Source: Candidatus Hydrogenedens sp. (lineage in GTDB: Bacteria > Hydrogenedentota > Hydrogenedentia > Hydrogenedentales > Hydrogenedentaceae). From it: DNA of 64,000 nucleotides. Positions 62,124 to 64,000 of the stretch are shown one piece after another. Position 1 is the stretch's first letter; each line of letters opens with the position of its first letter. Below the pieces are notes generated by a model that ran no database searches, was not told the DNA's origin, and worked only from the letters and a program-made list of their open reading frames with translations. The stretch covers positions 96,001 through 160,000 of the forward strand of contig JBMFRC010000005.1 of NCBI GenBank assembly GCA_049968235.1. Direction: 5' to 3'. A program made the translations under genes and the position numbers.

Positions 62124-63323
62124 TTAACTGGCTGATTTCTTTTTCCTTAAAACACTGATTACTTGTTCAATGCGTTCATTGAAAAATTCTAATAAATAAT
62201 CATGCAACTCAGAGTTGGAAGCGGCAATAAGTGTTTGATAATTTTCTGGATGCGTATCTAAAAGCAATACATTATCAAAATTATCGCCTTCTGTATTTGT
62301 AAACACACATCCTGCTTCCTGTGCCACTAATAAAGCGGGGCATAAATCATATGGGGCAGGCCCAATAATAGAACCTTTCCCGGATTTAAGGAACATATCC
62401 CGTGTTCCTTCTGGAAACTCTTTAAAGAATCGAACGGAAATATCTACACAAGCATCTAATTGCCCCGTAACTAACCGGGTTAAACTATAGGAACTGCTAT
62501 TACAGGTGAAGAAACCACCTCGTAAACTGCTAAGGTCAATTAATTTACCTGCTGCATTGAAAATAAGATAGGAAGGTCTTCCGGGTATAGTCAATGACCA
62601 GTTTAATGTTTCAATATCTGTATTGTTTGAAAGTTTGGGGCGTTTTTTGGCATCACCACTTATAATGGAAGTCCCTTCTCCTCTTTCTGCATAGAAGATA
62701 CGGTCATTCATTATTTCTGCTATACATGCATTATCAAGGTCTTTGTAAGTAGGTCGTTCAATGACACGAGTACTTGCAACAGACACGGTGCACCATTCAA
62801 ATCCATTTTTAGCGGAACGTGTACCATCAATAGGGTCAACAATTAAAAGATATTTCGGTACACGGGCGTAAGTTGAATATCCTGTATCCTCAGAGTAATA
62901 AGCAATGGGTTGTTTGGATGCTCTTAAAAAAGATAATAACGCTTTTTCTGCAATCTGGTCTATTGCAAAAGTTGGGTCTCCTGTTGGTGCTACATGCACA
63001 ATATCCTTACCTTTAAGTGAGCGAGCAACAGGCTCTACTGCTTCCTTAATAAACATGACTAAATCAAATAAAAATTCTCGCGATAGCATTTTCTCCCCAC
63101 GACCATGTCTCTTGCTTTCTTGCTTCGCTTCAGTTGATATTTCTTCAGATTTCTCTACAGGGGGTCTTCCTCTTTTTCTTTTCATAGGTTGTGCTTTCAT
63201 CGGTGCTGTTATCTCCTCTTTTTTAGGTCTTCCTCTTTTTTTAAGGTTTTCATCCAATTTTTTTGATTGTTTAGAAACAGCAACTCTTTCCTTCATTTTT
63301 GAATCTTTTTTTGCGCCTGCCAT
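62124..63323 (-). CDS. Inositol monophosphatase family protein with about 78-aa basic N-terminal extension carrying AT-hook-like RGRP motifs
   Basis: IMPase motifs 'IVDPIDGT' and 'DLCPALLVAQEAG'. The N-terminus contains 'KKRGRPKKEE' and 'KRKRGRPPVEK'. An alternative start is M79 (63089). Confidence 0.6.
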   Translation of the reverse strand: MAGAKKDSKMKERVAVSKQSKKLDENLKKRGRPKKEEITAPMKAQPMKRKRGRPPVEKSEEISTEAKQESKRHGRGEKMLSREFLFDLVMFIKEAVEPVARSLKGKDIVHVAPTGDPTFAIDQIAEKALLSFLRASKQPIAYYSEDTGYSTYARVPKYLLIVDPIDGTRSAKNGFEWCTVSVASTRVIERPTYKDLDNACIAEIMNDRIFYAERGEGTSIISGDAKKRPKLSNNTDIETLNWSLTIPGRPSYLIFNAAGKLIDLSSLRGGFFTCNSSSYSLTRLVTGQLDACVDISVRFFKEFPEGTRDMFLKSGKGSIIGPAPYDLCPALLVAQEAGCVFTNTEGDNFDNVLLLDTHPENYQTLIAASNSELHDYLLEFFNERIEQVISVLRKKKSAS

Positions 63324-63579
63324 GAACGCATTCCCTTTCTTAAGGTTTAGAGATTACTTTTTACATATCTATGTTAAACCGTTATAATCCTTACTTCATA
63401 TTATTTACAAACTCAACGATTTTACATTTTTTTCATAACAAAATATGTTTATATAAATAACATAAGGCAATGAATTAATAAAAGTCAAATTCATGTTTTT
63501 AAAGGACTATAACGATATATTACAAGAATTCAAAGGTAGGAAGAAATATAGTAAATAGGTAGGAATGTTTAATTTATAT

Positions 63580-63933
63580 CTATTGAGGATTTGTTATATA
63601 AGATAATTTTTTACTTAATTCAGATAGAGAGATAGGCTTTAATAAAACATCAATAATATTGTCAGGCAATTTTTGATAATGTTTAGGATGTAAGCCTGTT
63701 AATATCAAAACCTTTGCTTGAGGTTTTAATTCCTTGAGTTTTTCCGCAGTGGTGATACCATCAATTATAGGCATATCTATATCCATCAAAATAATATCGA
63801 AATGTTCTTTTTTTACCAATTCAAGAACTTCTGATCCGTTATAGGCGAACTCTGCATTATAACCTTTAATAGAAGACCATTTCTTAAATATGTTAATTAA
63901 ATTCGAGTCATCATCTACAAACAACAATCTCAT
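63580..63933 (-). CDS. Stand-alone response regulator receiver (CheY-like REC) domain protein
   Basis: 'LLFVDDDSNL', 'IILMDIDMP' and 'LILTGL...K' give the phospho-acceptor Asp and conserved Lys pattern. Confidence 0.8.
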   Translation of the reverse strand: MRLLFVDDDSNLINIFKKWSSIKGYNAEFAYNGSEVLELVKKEHFDIILMDIDMPIIDGITTAEKLKELKPQAKVLILTGLHPKHYQKLPDNIIDVLLKPISLSELSKKLSYITNPQ

Positions 63934-64000
63934 TAATTAAACTCCGAATAAGCCTAAAAAATTATAGAATATCTATAATTATGTCTCTATATATATTATA

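Overview
This is a 64-kb chromosomal segment from a moderately AT-rich bacterium. The rpoB/rpoC and flagellar lines I counted by eye are about 43-53% GC. Almost the whole window is coding. The FlgH (L-ring) and FlgI (P-ring) genes mark a diderm, flagellated organism; I cannot assign a taxon more precisely than that from sequence alone.

Recognisable content, in order along the window:
- 5'-truncated glucuronate isomerase (uxaC-like) and chorismate synthase (aroC).
- Several secreted or membrane hypothetical proteins, a PAP2 phosphatase and a CocE/NonD hydrolase.
- A minus-strand TRAP transporter operon (dctPQM) with a UspA gene.
- A large Zn-ribbon/coiled-coil membrane protein, RlmB, a GatB/YqeY protein and EngB.
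- A flagellar rod/ring/hook-associated cluster: flgF-flgG-flgA-flgH-flgI, a FlgJ-like rod-binding protein, an EF-hand protein, a FlgN-like protein and flgL. A good sigma-54 promoter candidate lies upstream.
- A glucuronokinase-like GHMP kinase and RsmI.
- rpoB-rpoC with its own extended -10 promoter and a clean intrinsic terminator, then a parvulin-type PPIase.
- Enolase, a FtsB-like protein and the phoH/7TM-HD/ybeY module.
- Two tandem CNNM/CorC transporters.
- A FloA(SPFH)/NfeD cluster.
- A ferredoxin and radical-SAM pair, PtsN-like EIIA, dapL, an IMPase-family protein with a basic AT-hook-like N-terminal extension, and a stand-alone receiver domain.

The most interesting region is a visibly more AT-rich four-gene block (about 38.5-44.85 kb) between the PPIase and eno:
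- Its first gene has a consensus TTGACA-17-TATAAT promoter whose spacer is mostly a T11 homopolymer.
- Its second gene is a roughly 690-aa Cys-rich lipoprotein with a C-terminal LAS/M15 zinc-peptidase-like domain.
- The signal-peptide coding region of that lipoprotein contains a (TATC)8 tetranucleotide repeat. In this sequence the repeat puts the strong ATG/SD out of frame with the lipobox and the mature protein.
- A change of -1 or +2 repeat units would restore the frame. This is the classic architecture of a slipped-strand phase-variable surface lipoprotein.
- The block is completed by a secreted coiled-coil protein and a polytopic membrane protein.

I read this as a candidate phase-variable surface/peptidase contingency locus that has not been described.
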